DNA of 64,000 nt from Histomonas meleagridis 2922-C6/04-290x (GCA_020184695.1 JAANOX010000279.1:124001-188000), one strand, 5' to 3'. Positions 23,149 to 36,118 are shown, counted from the stretch's first letter. Program-made: numbers and translations. The notes: generated by a model not told the origin, from the sequence alone.

Positions 23149-24570
23149 AGAACATGGGACAAAAAAAATGGCCTTGAAAATCTATTTATATATTTAAAAT
23201 AATCCTTTATAATATGATATTTATCGATCAAAAATTAATATCTGAGGATTTTCCGCATAACGTTTTGAAGTATTTATATTTGAAAAATTGTTGAAAACAC
23301 GTTACTTTGTTGCCTTTTGAGGTAAATTTCATCGTCAAAATCTCAACCCGTTATTACATTGATGAGGAATTTTTCGCCTCCGTGTACAATAGGATTCCAA
23401 AACCAGAATTCACCAGTCTGTAATTGCAGCAAACATTCAGTAAAATGTAGGGTAACAATCCTCATATGTCGATATACGATCTGAATATGTTGGATAAAAT
23501 GATTTCACTTTCTTATTCTTTATCAGTGATTATATCGAAGGGTTTTTCATGCCATCTTGGGTCATTTGGAACCTATTGGCTTGAGCATTTTTTTGGTAAT
23601 ATCAGAAGGCTCAGCAAAGACAATGATACACCGAAAATGTTTGAGCATTCAGTTTTAACTCTCATTCACAAAAAATTGATAAAAGGCAGTGTTCTTATTG
23701 GAAAAATCAATGGGAGATCCGACAGTGGAACTTATTTGTTAATAAATAGAAACAAAAGATTTAAGTTTTATTGAAATTTGACCATTTGGGAGTTATCTCC
23801 ATGAAGCAACAATTCTTTTGATAATAGATGTAAATCAGTTGTACTTGATATATAATCCTAACAACTCTCTTTTAAAAATCATGGGATGTTCAATTTTTGA
23901 AGCAAGAGATTTTTTTTCTCCAGGTGGGTTGATGGAATTTCTCAGCAGAAGCTTCAACATTCCTGGATATGCAAGTACTACCCAAGCAAGAATGACTGAT
24001 TCATGTGGATATTCAACAATTAAAAGGAATGTCGAATCTAGTCAAATCTAATAAGTAAAAAAAAAATTTGACTCATAATCATCCAAAATTGTAGATGTTT
24101 TTTTAAAACCCGAAATACCATCAATTTACTCAAAGGGTACAGATCTTAAGATTTTAATTATTTATCTCAACATTTGAATAATCATTTTGCAAAACGTTAT
24201 GCACGAATTTCCTCAATATTACAAATTATAATAGTAAAAATTTTGATATATATATGATTATAATAATAAAAAAATTCGTAGAAAAATTTTTGAATTATAG
24301 ATTATATTTTATGCATTCCCTATTTCTTTCACCATTTTTCTGAATTGTAAAATATTAACATTTGTAAATTGATATAAGCCGAAAATAAATCACAGAATAA
24401 TAATAAATCAACAATTCTAACACGAATATGAACTTATACATCATTTAAAATTATAATATAGAGTCTCCTAGGCATATTCAATATGATACATAAGGTAATT
24501 TTGTTGACAAATAGGACTTTAATAAAGTTCCAAATTTAGAAAAAAATAAACGGTCGATGTCCCATGTTCT
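23149..24570 (+). mobile_element. Degenerate P-element-like (or hAT) DNA transposon, 1422 bp
   Basis: Perfect 13-bp TIRs AGAACATGGGACA (23149-23161) and TGTCCCATGTTCT (24558-24570). Flanks GGTTCAAT/GGTTTAAT form an 8-bp TSD with one mismatch. Imperfect subterminal inverted repeats at 23244-23267 and 24190-24214. Internal fragment has TYWLEHFFGNIR. Confidence 0.8.
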
Positions 24571-25156
24571 GGTTTAATTAAAAGCTTAAAAAACAAAATA
24601 AAAAAAATTATATCAAACATAAATATCATCTTTTTAGTTCCCCTTCATTCTTGAATAAAATTTTTCATATTCTGTTTTTCTAAATCCTTAAAACGTCATT
24701 TTTTGTTACAGTTTACTTCAAGTAAATTCAAAATTCAAAAAATTTTTAGTAAATTTGAATGCATAAAGTATTGAATATTTTAATACTTGATGACCGTTAT
24801 GCTCTAGGGGTATATCGATTTCCCAATTAATTGTTCTTGAAAATTTATATATTATTAGAGAGAAATTTCACCAACTATTGAAATAGGATAAGAGAATAAC
24901 ATTGTCTTTGAATTTTTATTGGATATTTTTTTTTAAATTATTTTCGACTGTCAAAATAAAATGAAGTGTCGTAGCGCATTTGATATATCGAATGTAAACC
25001 ATATAAGAGTAATAAAATAATAAAATTTGTTAAACTTTTATGAAAGTATTTAATAATGTCTGTTTACCTTTAGCTTGTTGTTTCAAACACAAATTCAGTT
25101 TTGTATTAATTTAATTTTCCTGTTGAATTGTTAACTTTAACAATCATTTCTATGGT

Positions 25157-26053
25157 ATGCCATTCACCCTCTCTTATTCTTCTGATTTGATGCCCTATGC
25201 GGCATTCTTTCTCATTTTTTTCATGATTCATATAAAGAAAGATGGTACGCCAGATGTGAGTTACAGTTCATCAATCAGCATATTTAAATACACGTCAAAT
25301 AGTTCACACACTTCTTCATCACCAACATATACTCCCACATCACCAATATACAATAATAAGAATTCTTCAAATGAATTACACTTTAGAAAAGATGGTAAAT
25401 TTGATATGAAATATAAATCATCGAAAGAAAGTACTGCTACTTCATCTTCTTTCACATATACGCCTGAAATAAATGATTTAATGTTTACAATAAATGGAAA
25501 AATCGATAAAAGTAGCAAAATGATAAAAAACGGATTTATCATACTGACAAATGATGGGTTACCTGATCCAAATTGCGAAGTAGTAAGAAGTGGTTATATC
25601 ATATTAACGAATAATGGAGAAATAGACAAAAGATGCAAAGGATATAAAGATGCTAAAAAGCCAGTAAAAGATTCTAAAACTCAACCAATCAGAGATGTAT
25701 CAAAACAAAATGGAAAAATATACGCATGGTAAAAAATATGCAGAAACAAAAGATGCATCGCATTATGAAGACCTTGAACAAGGAAAAAAAATTTGTCCTG
25801 AAACATAGGCCTGGTTGGAAGTCAACAACAATTCGTAAATCAGTTACACCCATTTGACTATTTACTAAGAATGGTGAATCAAGATACAAACAGTATTACA
25901 TATCGCGATTTGAATAAAAAGATCTTCAAAAAATTGGCAGGCGGCTACGGAGAAGTAACAAAGCGAATGTTACATAAAGCACAAACGATGATAAACGCCA
26001 TTGATAGGATGGATCCGAACGAAAGGACAGCATCAATAGATATTCATTTATGA
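25157..26053 (+). pseudogene. Fragmented ORF with five [KTN]xDG/NGxxD repeats
   Basis: IKKDGTPDVS, FRKDGKFDMK, FTINGKIDKS, LTNDGLPDPN and LTNNGEIDKR; downstream frames are broken. Confidence 0.45.
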
Positions 26054-26932
26054 AAATTTGAATAAATTTGTGACACGTGCTGAGTAAACAAGAAAAAATT
26101 GCTATTTGATTTGTTAAGATATTTATATAAATTAGAGTCAATTAATCTATGGGATGAATTAGCATCTAATCTATAGCACTTGTAAATAAAATTTTAACAA
26201 CATATTTTGAACATATATCAAATTCTAGAGCAATAATTACCATGAAACCCATTTTTTAACAAAGATCAATAAATTGGATTTAAGTTCTTCAGTAATATAT
26301 ATTACTGAATCCAATTCCAGGACACGCTGATCAATGCAACCAATGCAACCAATGCAAATTCCAAGCATTTCTAAAGATGGGTATATACTGGAGTATGGTA
26401 CCTGGTTGAAACTTTTAAATCAGAAAAAGGTAAATCCATTTATACAAAATCATATTAAATCAAAAAGAGAATTAGTGATATTAATAACGGATAATTTTTC
26501 TTATCATAAGGATAAGATCGTGAATTCGGAAAAAATCCTAACAATTGATATCTCAAATATTATTACAATTCTTTGAATATTATCATTTAACATGGGTATA
26601 TTGCTGCGATAAAATTACTGTTGTATTAACCGAACCAGGTGACGCTTGTGTTATGAGTTCCACTTATGGTCATGGGTTCATTTAAACCCCACTGCAGTAA
26701 TTTATTGTACATGTGGTAACGACACAGTTTATGTTATATACATTAATGGCGATATTTGTTCAAGTTCTACGGGAAACAGAAATCGTTTCCGACCCCACGA
26801 AATCGATAATTAATTGAAAAGCAGTTATGCCATTAACTTTTTTAATAAATCCAAATTCAATTTTTCCGTTTGGTTGCCTTTGTATTGAAATATTGAATTG
26901 TTCATTGAAAAAATGCATCAAAAAAAATTCAA

Positions 26933-28132
26933 ATGAGTTTTTCTTGTGTAAAGCAAATCGGAAAGGGAGGATATGGCGTTGTTTATCTTGTAAAAAGTTT
27001 ACGTGATAATTCATATAAAGTCGTTAAAGAAATTGATATATCGAATTTTGATGAAATGACTCAACAAAAAATTTCAAAAGAAGTTGAAATTATCTCAAAA
27101 CTTAAGCATCCTAACATTATTGAATATCATTCACACAAGTTAATCCTTAATAAAAAAATTCAAATCCTTATGGACTATGCCGATAATGGTGATTTATCCA
27201 AAAAAATTTTTACCGAAAAATATCAATGTAACAATAAACCAATTCCAGAGGAGATCATTATTCATTGGTTTGTTCAAATGTGTCTTGCTTTAAAATATAT
27301 TCATGATCGTAAAATTATTCATCGGGACATTAAACCAAGTAATTTTTTTCTCACACAATCTGGTGTGATTAAACTTGGTGACTTCGGCTTGTCTACTTAC
27401 ATAGATAACACAACAGGTTTTGTGCATTCGCGTTGGGGCACCCCATATTATCTATCGCCAGAAATTTGTTCGGAAAATTTTTATAATCAAAAATCAGATG
27501 TATGGTCATTAGGATGTGTATTATATGAGCTTTGTACTTATAAAAAGGCATTTGATGGAATTACTATGAATCACATAATTCATAATATTATTAATAATGA
27601 ATCACCAAAATTACCAAAAGGAACTTATAGTGATGAATTAAACAATTTGATTTCTTCGATGTTGATAAAAGATCCACAAAAAAGACCAACAATTAATGAC
27701 ATTTTAAAATTACCAATAATTAAAGCAAAAGCGATATCTTTACTTGGAATTAAACAGTCAAGACTTGAATTAGGGCATACGATGTTCCATGGATTTGAAC
27801 CTTGTGAGTCACCAAATGAATTTAAGGAAAAATTAATTTTGTATATTGACAATAATGAAAATAATGACTTGAAATTTATGGGTAAAAACATTGCGCTGCC
27901 TGACTTAATGAAGTGTGAATCTTTGTCTGTGAGAGCTGAGTCATTGAGGGCTTTAATTGAGGAAATGATTGGCGATAATAAATTAGAGGAATTGTGCGAA
28001 TTAATGAGAAATGGTAATATGAATGTGGAAAATAGCAATAAATGGGTAGTACAGTTAGTGCAACAACTTATGGCATTAGAGGAAATGGTAAATATGAAGG
28101 AGAACCATCCAGAAATATGTGAAGATAAATAA
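26933..28132 (+). CDS. NEK-family Ser/Thr kinase
   Basis: IGKGGYG, VVKEI, HWFVQMCLALKYIHDRKIIHRDIKPSN, KLGDFG, GTPYYLSPE and YNQKSDVWSLG. Confidence 0.95.
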   Translation: MSFSCVKQIGKGGYGVVYLVKSLRDNSYKVVKEIDISNFDEMTQQKISKEVEIISKLKHPNIIEYHSHKLILNKKIQILMDYADNGDLSKKIFTEKYQCNNKPIPEEIIIHWFVQMCLALKYIHDRKIIHRDIKPSNFFLTQSGVIKLGDFGLSTYIDNTTGFVHSRWGTPYYLSPEICSENFYNQKSDVWSLGCVLYELCTYKKAFDGITMNHIIHNIINNESPKLPKGTYSDELNNLISSMLIKDPQKRPTINDILKLPIIKAKAISLLGIKQSRLELGHTMFHGFEPCESPNEFKEKLILYIDNNENNDLKFMGKNIALPDLMKCESLSVRAESLRALIEEMIGDNKLEELCELMRNGNMNVENSNKWVVQLVQQLMALEEMVNMKENHPEICEDK

Positions 28133-28390
28133 AAAAAATTTTTTTATAATTTTTGGTTAGTTTGTGCATAAGTAGCAGTGGAAGCAATGTGTTTTAACAA
28201 GGAACATTTGTTTTGCTTTTTCATTGAATAATCGTAATGAAGATAAAATGGTGCCAACTAGAGAGTGGTTGGACTTTTTTGAAGGCGTGCCTAATTCGTG
28301 TTCACTGTGCATACATAACAATTTCAAATGAATGCTAGCATTTGATCGTTTGAGTGTATTTTGATCGTCTCTTGAAAAAACGCTTTTCCA

Positions 28391-30620
28391 ATGGGAAACA
28401 GTCACAGCAAAAAGAGCGCACAAAGAAATGTTAAACGACCATTTACTCTACCAAAGTTTATGCAAGACATAGAAAAGCTTGAAGAAATTATTTTTAATTT
28501 GAGTGAAGATAACATTGTTGAATCCATCATTTCATCCATGAATATAATAATAAATGATAATGTATCTCATTACTCAAACTTAATTTTAAGTCAATTAATA
28601 TATTCATCAATTCTTTCGCAAATGAAAGACTTTAATTTATATATTAATTTCATTAAGCAAATTGAAAACAAAGAAAAAGAATTTAAAATGAAAAATTATG
28701 AATTGGTTAATAGATTTAGAGATTTTCTTCTTAACGTAAACTCACAAGAATCAAATTTTATCCTCGAAAGAATGATCGAATTGGGTTTGGTTTCATCAAA
28801 AACAGTTGAAAATAAAAACAATTTTTATTTTGCACATCATTTTCCAAACAAACCAACAAGCATTTTAAGAAATCACTACAAACATTATAAATATCATAAT
28901 AAAAGTTATGAAGAATTATCAAAGAATGATTGGGAACTTCATAAGCAATTAATTCATGAAGGAGTTAATCAATTATAAATTGCAAAAATAATTCGATCTG
29001 ATGATATCGATAAACTTCAAGAAATATCATCGCAACAAAATTTTAATTTTAATCAAACAATTGAGCCATCACTTTATGAAAGATGTTCTTTTATTAATCA
29101 AGAAAATGTTACATTAATTGATTATGCAGCATTTTTTTCTTCAGTTAAATGTTTTAAATATTTACTTATGAATGGTGCAAAAGTAAATAATACAGGTAAA
29201 TATGCAGTTGCAGGTGGAAATGAAGAAATCATTCATTTATGTGAACAAAATCATTCATCTTTTAAAGGTGCACATGAAGCAGCAATTCAATTCCATCGAA
29301 ATGATATCTTTAAATACCTTTATGAAAATAAAATTGAAAAAATTAAAAATTCTAATGAGTTTGTCGTATTATTTTTAACTAATAAATTTTTAAATACTGA
29401 AATATTTAACTTTTTACTTAAACAAAAAGAAATTGTTATTAATGCTAAAGATATTTATTTGTTTTATTTAAAATTTTAAAATAATATTTGGAAATTACTT
29501 AAATTATTTAAAACAGCACTTATTTATGCATCTGAAAATGGTCATACAGAAATAGTAAATTACTTCTTGAACAAAAAGGAATTGATATTAATGTTAAAGA
29601 TATTTATTTGCTTTATTTAAAATTTATTTTAATAATTTTCAATTTGAAAATAATATTTGAAAATTATTTAAATTATTTAAAACATCGCTTATCTTGGCAT
29701 CTGAATTTAATTACATTGAAATAGTTCAATTACTTCTAGAACAAGAAGGTATTGATATTAATGCTAAAGATATTAAATTATGTTGTTTAATATTTAATTT
29801 AATATTTTTTTGTTTTAAAATAATGTTTGAAGATTATTCAAATTATTTAATACAGCACTTCTTAAGGCATCATCAAATGGTCATGCAGAAATAGTTCGAT
29901 TGCTTTTTAAACAAAAAGGAATTGATGTTAATGCAAAAAATAATTATTTGTTTTATTTATTATTTATTTTAATAATTTTACATTTCAAAACAATATTAGG
30001 AAATTGTTTTTATTATTTGATACAACACTTTTTTGGGCATCTTCAAACGGTTACACAGAAATCGTTCAATTCTTTCTTAAACAAGAAGGAATTGATATTA
30101 ATGCTAAAAATATTTATTCATTTTATTTATTTTAATGATTTTTTATTTTAAAATAATATTTGGAAATTATTTATATTATTTAGAACAGCACTTATGTTTG
30201 CATCTTCAAATGGTCATATAGAAATAGTTAAATTACTTCTTGAACAAGAAGGAATTGATATTAATGCTAAAAGTATTTATTTGTTTTGTTTAAAAATTAT
30301 TTAAATAATTTTTAATTTGAAAATAATATTTGGAAATTATTCAAATTATTTAACACAGTACTTATGTTTGCATCAGCAAATGGTCATACAGAAATGGTTA
30401 AGTTACTTCTTGAACAAAAAGTAATAAATGTTAATGCAAAAAATAATTATTTTTTTTATTTAGAATTTCTTTTTATAATTTGAAATTTTAAAATAATATT
30501 TGGAAATTGTTTAAAATATTTGAAACAGCATTCATGATAGCATCTGAATATGCTTATACAAAAATAGTTAAATTACTTCTTGAACAAGAAGGAATTGATG
30601 TTAATGTTAAAAATATTTAA
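28391..30620 (+). pseudogene. DUF3447-ankyrin gene C with 7 interrupted loops, disabled
   Basis: In-frame TAA at 28976 where paralog D has GAA; 1-nt deletion near 29556; one block is 73 nt (7-nt deletion). Blocks at 29453-29512, 29602-29681, 29772-29851, 29942-30021, 30112-30184, 30275-30354 and 30445-30524. Confidence 0.8.
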
Positions 30621-30795
30621 TATGTCATTTAAATGACGATATCGGATAAATTAAATTAATTTATATTAGAGTATATATTATGTATAGTAATTTATTTTCC
30701 TTAGGACAAGTCAAATGACAGTTTTTTATTGATGTCTTCATAATTTTTAGTTTATTATTCATTTTTTTTTAGTGACATAAAGTCAAAATCTTTAA

Positions 30796-31197
30796 ATGCT
30801 TTTTCTTATATTAGTCATAAAAGGTTCATTCCTAAGAAACTCAGGAAGTAGGTGGTTTAATGTAAAGCCACAAAAATTTAAGAAATCTACAAAAAGAGAA
30901 ACCCAATTAGTATCCCCTTACAATCATAAATCTAACAAAAGATTCAATAGAGAAATGAATAAAGAGAAGACTGACTTATCAACTATGAAGATAGAGGATG
31001 TGTTAAATCATTTGAGTTCCATTATTAATTCAAGGGAAATATCCAAGATGGAAAGTTCTTTTGATGAAGCAAAAAATAAGATTTGGGATAATAAAGAGAA
31101 GAATTCAATATTAGGTGATCATCCAAGACAATTAAAAGCAAGAATACCTCGCAAGATAGAGAAAATAATGGAAAAAAGGAAAAAGCTTAAAATGTAA
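30796..31197 (+). CDS. Hypothetical basic protein
   Basis: 133-aa ORF with no recognisable family. Confidence 0.4.
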   Translation: MLFLILVIKGSFLRNSGSRWFNVKPQKFKKSTKRETQLVSPYNHKSNKRFNREMNKEKTDLSTMKIEDVLNHLSSIINSREISKMESSFDEAKNKIWDNKEKNSILGDHPRQLKARIPRKIEKIMEKRKKLKM

Positions 31198-31368
31198 ATA
31201 AAAGAAGCAAAATTTACACAAAATTTATTTTTCTGAAATTCTATCTTATAAAAGAAATGCAAGCTTTTTATGAATTTTTTTTTAATAATTACATAAGAAT
31301 CTATCGTTATTAACATATTTCCTTTTCGATCATAAATATTCACCAATAACTAACATGTTTACATAAAA

Positions 31369-32970
31369 TTAATTTTCGTTTTCATTCACATTTCTCCTAA
31401 ACGGCCTCATTCTAATTCTAAAGTTCTGTACAGTATCCGACAATTCGATTTCTCCGTTCATATTAATTCTTCCGATATCTCCCGTAGCGAACCAACCATC
31501 ATCCGACAGCACTTTCTTTGTTAAGTTTTTATTCCCTTTATATCCCACGAATACGTTTTGACCTTTTACCAATATTTCTCCCATTTTATCATCTTTCACC
31601 TTAATTCTCGCCTCATCGAAATCTCTCAGTTTTATTTCGCATGAAGTACAAGGCGCGCCTACGTTCGTATAACCAACACTCGACACATGTTGCACCGAAA
31701 TTACTCCGCCTGTTTCAGCAGTGCCATAAACTTGTATAATCGGAACTTGCAAAACAGTTCTCAAGAAATGTAATACGCGGACTTGCGCATCCATCATAGA
31801 TGTCACAATAAGTTTTAACCTTCCGCCGACTTTTTGCTTGAGTGACTCCAAAATGGTATTCTCAAAAAGCCACGGGATTTTTATGTTCGCTTCTTCAGTT
31901 TGCGAGACAACAGAGAAGACGAAATCTAATAAAACTCTTTTGAACCAATTTGTTCCAGAAGTTTCTTGTAAGATGTCATCGGCAAATATTTCGATCTCTT
32001 GACCAGTGAATGATATTATCGTGGGCTTTAATAGTTTTAAGGCTTCGATGTATTCGCCTTCGACAAAGCCAATGCATCCGCCATAAGCTAATATGACTAA
32101 TTGCATAGAGCGCTCAAATATATAATACATTGGAATGGTGGATAAATAAATATCGCGACCAAAATGATACCCAGATGATGTTAACCCGACTGCAGATGCA
32201 ATTACATTTGCATGTGTGAGTATCGAAGGATTCAATGTTCCGCATGTCGCTGATCCAAAACTAATAACTGCAGGAGAGGTGGCATATATCTGTTGGAATA
32301 TTTTCTCTTCGTTTGAAGAGTCTTCTAAAAGTTTTGGTAGATCATATACTGGAATTGAATGTTGCTTATTCTTAAAATTTGTGACTTTTTCGGAGATATT
32401 TTGAAGGTTTTGGGAATCGCAGACTATGATGATCGCTTGCAGCTTCTTGGAACGTGAAGCAAGAAGACTGATTAATGGAAATGTTTCAATTGAACATAAA
32501 AGATAATGACAATCAAGAACATCAATGATAATTGGTATAACTTTTTGATCTTGATTAACACGTATAGGAACCATAACAGCACCATAAAACCCTAACGACC
32601 ATTGTGATAATGCAAACCAAGTTGAACTTTCCATGATAACAGCTACACTTTGGCCAGCTTGCACACCGATGTGTTTAAGACCAAGTGAAAAGGAAAAAAC
32701 AAGTTCATAAAATTCATGATATGTGATCCATTCAATTGTATTATGATCTGATTTGGAACCAAATGCTGGAAACGCATTGTACGTATCTGCTATGTTGTAA
32801 AGAAGATCTCGAAGTGTAAATATTGTTGGAAATCGTGGGAATGTTCCAAACGTTTGACCATCATTCTCAGTGAAACAACGAATATTTCTGTATATACTGG
32901 AAAACGATGGATCTTCTGGACTATCATTGCAACAAATGCCTTGTAAATTAGGCTTATAAAAATCATTCAT
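31369..32970 (-). CDS. Long-chain acyl-CoA synthetase (AMP-binding) family
   Basis: ITYHEF, ILTHAN, QVYGTAETGG, GEILVKGQNVFVGY and DGWFATGDIG. Confidence 0.88.
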   Translation of the reverse strand: MNDFYKPNLQGICCNDSPEDPSFSSIYRNIRCFTENDGQTFGTFPRFPTIFTLRDLLYNIADTYNAFPAFGSKSDHNTIEWITYHEFYELVFSFSLGLKHIGVQAGQSVAVIMESSTWFALSQWSLGFYGAVMVPIRVNQDQKVIPIIIDVLDCHYLLCSIETFPLISLLASRSKKLQAIIIVCDSQNLQNISEKVTNFKNKQHSIPVYDLPKLLEDSSNEEKIFQQIYATSPAVISFGSATCGTLNPSILTHANVIASAVGLTSSGYHFGRDIYLSTIPMYYIFERSMQLVILAYGGCIGFVEGEYIEALKLLKPTIISFTGQEIEIFADDILQETSGTNWFKRVLLDFVFSVVSQTEEANIKIPWLFENTILESLKQKVGGRLKLIVTSMMDAQVRVLHFLRTVLQVPIIQVYGTAETGGVISVQHVSSVGYTNVGAPCTSCEIKLRDFDEARIKVKDDKMGEILVKGQNVFVGYKGNKNLTKKVLSDDGWFATGDIGRINMNGEIELSDTVQNFRIRMRPFRRNVNENEN

Positions 32971-33482
32971 TCACCAGAAGGACGTTTAAAAATTCATCAG
33001 AAGAAACATTTTCATCATAAGAAAACCAAACTTTCGAAAGCTGTTCAAACACTGAAGTGAAGGTCATTTCGCATTCTATTTATGCTAAAATTTATCAAAT
33101 TAAAAATATTGATTATTTAATTTTGTATCGATATCAAAGTTTATGAAAATATGTTGTGCGAAGGCCAAACCTCATGATGTAAGGAAACAAGGTAGATTAC
33201 ACTCATAGCAACACACGCATACTACTACATCACAGTGTGACAAGCTTAGTGATCCTTTGACAAATTTATGAAATGTTTATTATGTTTTTAAGATCACTCA
33301 CACAAACGCAATATAAATAAATCAAACAGTCAAGTAATGCAATTTTAGTTGATGTTTTTATTAAACTTTGAGAATTTTAGTGAATTTTTGTGTTTTACTT
33401 TACCAAGAGATAGGGGCTTTTCTATCCGGACAGGGATTAATAAGGTGACTATATTGTCAAAAACAGATCTTTATAAAATTTG

Positions 33483-33527
33483 ATGGCATTAATATCAATT
33501 CCTTCTTCAAGAAGTAATTTAACTAAT
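33483..33527 (-). pseudogene. Isolated ankyrin-repeat fragment
   Basis: Reverse strand reads LVKLLLEEGIDINAI, near-identical in DNA to the cores of C, D and F. Confidence 0.6.
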
Positions 33528-33689
33528 AAACACCATGGCGGACAGATATTCAAGTATAATTGCATAAACAAAAAAGCATTTTTCCTAATTTGGTATACAA
33601 TTGTCATATTACTGTTGTTTAATTCCAAAATTAAAAATAAAATAAAATAGTTATTTTATGAAACTTAATTACTCTACTTCCTGATAGGT

Positions 33690-33878
33690 TTAGTTAACGA
33701 AGCGTCCAACAAAATGAAGGAGAAGTGTAGTTCCGATTAATAAAGTAGTGACAATCAAAGCTCCATTTGGTGTGAATGGTTTTCCTACCTGAAGTTTACC
33801 ACGTTTTCCCATTTTGAAGCCGCCACCACCAGCTGAAGCAGTAACAGCTATCTTTTGTTCACCTACACCTTTCGCCAT
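33690..33878 (-). CDS. SEC61B: Sec61 beta subunit
   Basis: 62 aa with a G/K-rich N-terminus and C-terminal TM ending LLHFVGRF. Confidence 0.7.
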   Translation of the reverse strand: MAKGVGEQKIAVTASAGGGGFKMGKRGKLQVGKPFTPNGALIVTTLLIGTTLLLHFVGRFVN

Positions 33879-34037
33879 TTTTGTCTGGTCGGAGGTTATC
33901 TTCTCAAATTAAATCACTTTTTTGATAAATGTACGTTAAGTACCCACATTTCCTTATCGTTTCCAGAAATTAAATACTTTATTGATCGGCACATTAATCC
34001 ATATTTTATTTTTTGTTTGATTTTTTTTATTAATAAC

Positions 34038-35819
34038 ATGTTAAATAAATACGAAAACGGAAAAGATAAAATAGAATCACCCACGTGCTTCCCTAGTATC
34101 AAATGGACACAAATTTTGGAAACTATTGAGGAACTAATTTTTGATTTGAAAGAAGATAATGGCGATGAAATTGTTGAAAAAATTACAAACTTGGTTAAAT
34201 ATGATATTTTACCTTCTTTCAATATGATTATTTGTCAGTTTATTTATTCAGCATTTCAATCGCATAAGAAAGACTTTCAAATATTTCTTAATTTCATACA
34301 AAAAATCGAAAACAAAGAAGAAGATAACAAAGGCTGTGCAATAATTTATACATTTTCACAATTTCTTTTTGAACTAGATACCCAGGAATCATATTTTCTT
34401 CTTGAGAAAATGATAGAATTAAATTTAATTAATTCAAATTTAGTTGAAAACAAAAAAACTTTTTATTTTGCGCACTGTTTATCATCTAAAAGATTGGATT
34501 TTTTAAAGAATAATATCAGAATTCCATTTTATATCTATTTCATCAAAAATATCGAAAAACTTTCAAAGAATAATTGGGAACTTCATAAGCAATTAATTCA
34601 TGAAGGAGTTAATCCATTAGAAATTGCGAAAATAATTCGAAATGATGAAATCGATAAACTTCAAGAAATATCATCACAAAATGATTTTGATTTTGACCAA
34701 ATAATTGAACCATCACTTTATGAAAGATGTTCTTTTATAAATAAAAAAAAATGTTACATTAATTGATTATGCAGCATTTTTTGGATCAGTTAAATGTTTA
34801 AAATATTTACTTATGAATAATATAAATGCAAAAAATATTTATATTTGTTAATTAATGTTAAATTTATTAATAAAATATTTAATAATAATATTTGGAATTT
34901 ATTGAAATCATCTAATACAGCACTCATGTATGCATCTAAAAATGGTCAAAAAGAAATATTTAAATTACTTCTTGAGCAAAACGGAATTGATATTAACGCA
35001 AAAAATATTTGATCGTTTTATTTATTATACATTTTAATAACTATATGTTTTAAAATAATATTTGGAAATAATTTATTTTATTTAATACAGCACTTATAGA
35101 TGCTTCTTATTATGGTTATACAGATTTAGTTAAATTACTTCTTGAACAAAAAGAAATTAATTTCAATGATAAAACTATTTTCTTCTTTTCCCTGATATAT
35201 GTTCTATTTGTTTTTTATTTCAAAATAATATTTGGAAATAATTTAAATTGTTTAAAACAGCACTTATAGCTGCATCATATAATGGATATGTTGAAATAGT
35301 TAAATTGCTTCTTGCAAAAGAAGGAATTGATGTTAACGCTAAAAATTTTCTTTTTATAAATTTGGAATCGTAAAATAATATTTGAAAATTATTCATTAAA
35401 TTTTGGACTGCACTTATGTATGCTTCTCAAAATGGACACACAGAAATAGTCAAATTACTTCTTACAAAAAAAGGAATTGATGTAAATGTTAAAGATATTT
35501 ATATCATTCATTTCATATATATTTCCATTATAGTCTGTTTTAAATTAACATTTGGTGATTATTTAAAATATTGTGGACAGCATTAATTTATGCATCTAAT
35601 AATTCATATGTTGAAATAGTTAAATTACTTCTTGAACATGAAGGAATTGATATATATATATGCTAAAGATATTTAAATATTTTATTTAAAATTTTTTATA
35701 ATAATTTTATGTTAAAACATAAAATTTGGATTTCATTCAAAATATTTCAAACAGCACTTATGAAAGCATTTCAAAAAGGTAATACAGAAATAGTTAAATT
35801 ACTTCTTAAACATGAATGA
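34038..35819 (+). pseudogene. DUF3447-ankyrin gene D with 6 interrupted loops, frameshifted
   Basis: +1 A in a homopolymer near 34745, +4 nt (AT)n expansion near 35655 and a truncated DUF3447 region. Blocks at 34837-34916, 35007-35086, 35177-35256, 35347-35406, 35497-35576 and 35671-35750. Confidence 0.8.
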
Positions 35820-36028
35820 TTTAATGTGATTTTTACTAAATAAATTCAAATATTTGAATTATCCCAATTGTAACACTATAATGTATTCCATTTTCAAACA
35901 ATTTAATTCCACCCTCCATGCAAAAATATTTTTTGATAAAAATTTAATCGAATATTTAATTAAGTAAAATTTAAATATATCTATTTCATGATAATTCAAG
36001 TTTAATTTACTTATAAACTAACAGGAAA

Positions 36029-36101
36029 GTACCACTGGCCCAATGGATAAGGCGTGTGCCTACGGAGCATGAGATTCCAGGTTCGAGTCCTGGGTGGTAC
36101 A
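36029..36101 (+). tRNA. tRNA-Arg (ACG)
   Basis: Acceptor stem GTACCAC/GTGGTAC, D-arm TGGCCCAATGGATAAGGC, anticodon loop CT-ACG-GA and T-loop GGTTCGAGTCC. Confidence 0.95.
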
Positions 36102-36108
36102 TTTTTTT
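36102..36108 (+). terminator. Pol III terminator (T7)
   Basis: Run of T immediately after the tRNA. Confidence 0.8.
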
Positions 36109-36118
36109 GATTTTTTGA

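Noticed and set aside
26120-26760. Decayed Cys/His-rich coding remnant with an ATGCAACCA 9-nt repeat
   Set aside because: Too many stops to assign a family.
28976-28978. Stop-codon reassignment (TAA = Gln/Glu)
   Set aside because: Conserved genes (RPS27, RPS3a, NEK, OYE) end in TAA and have no internal TAA, so this is a point lesion.
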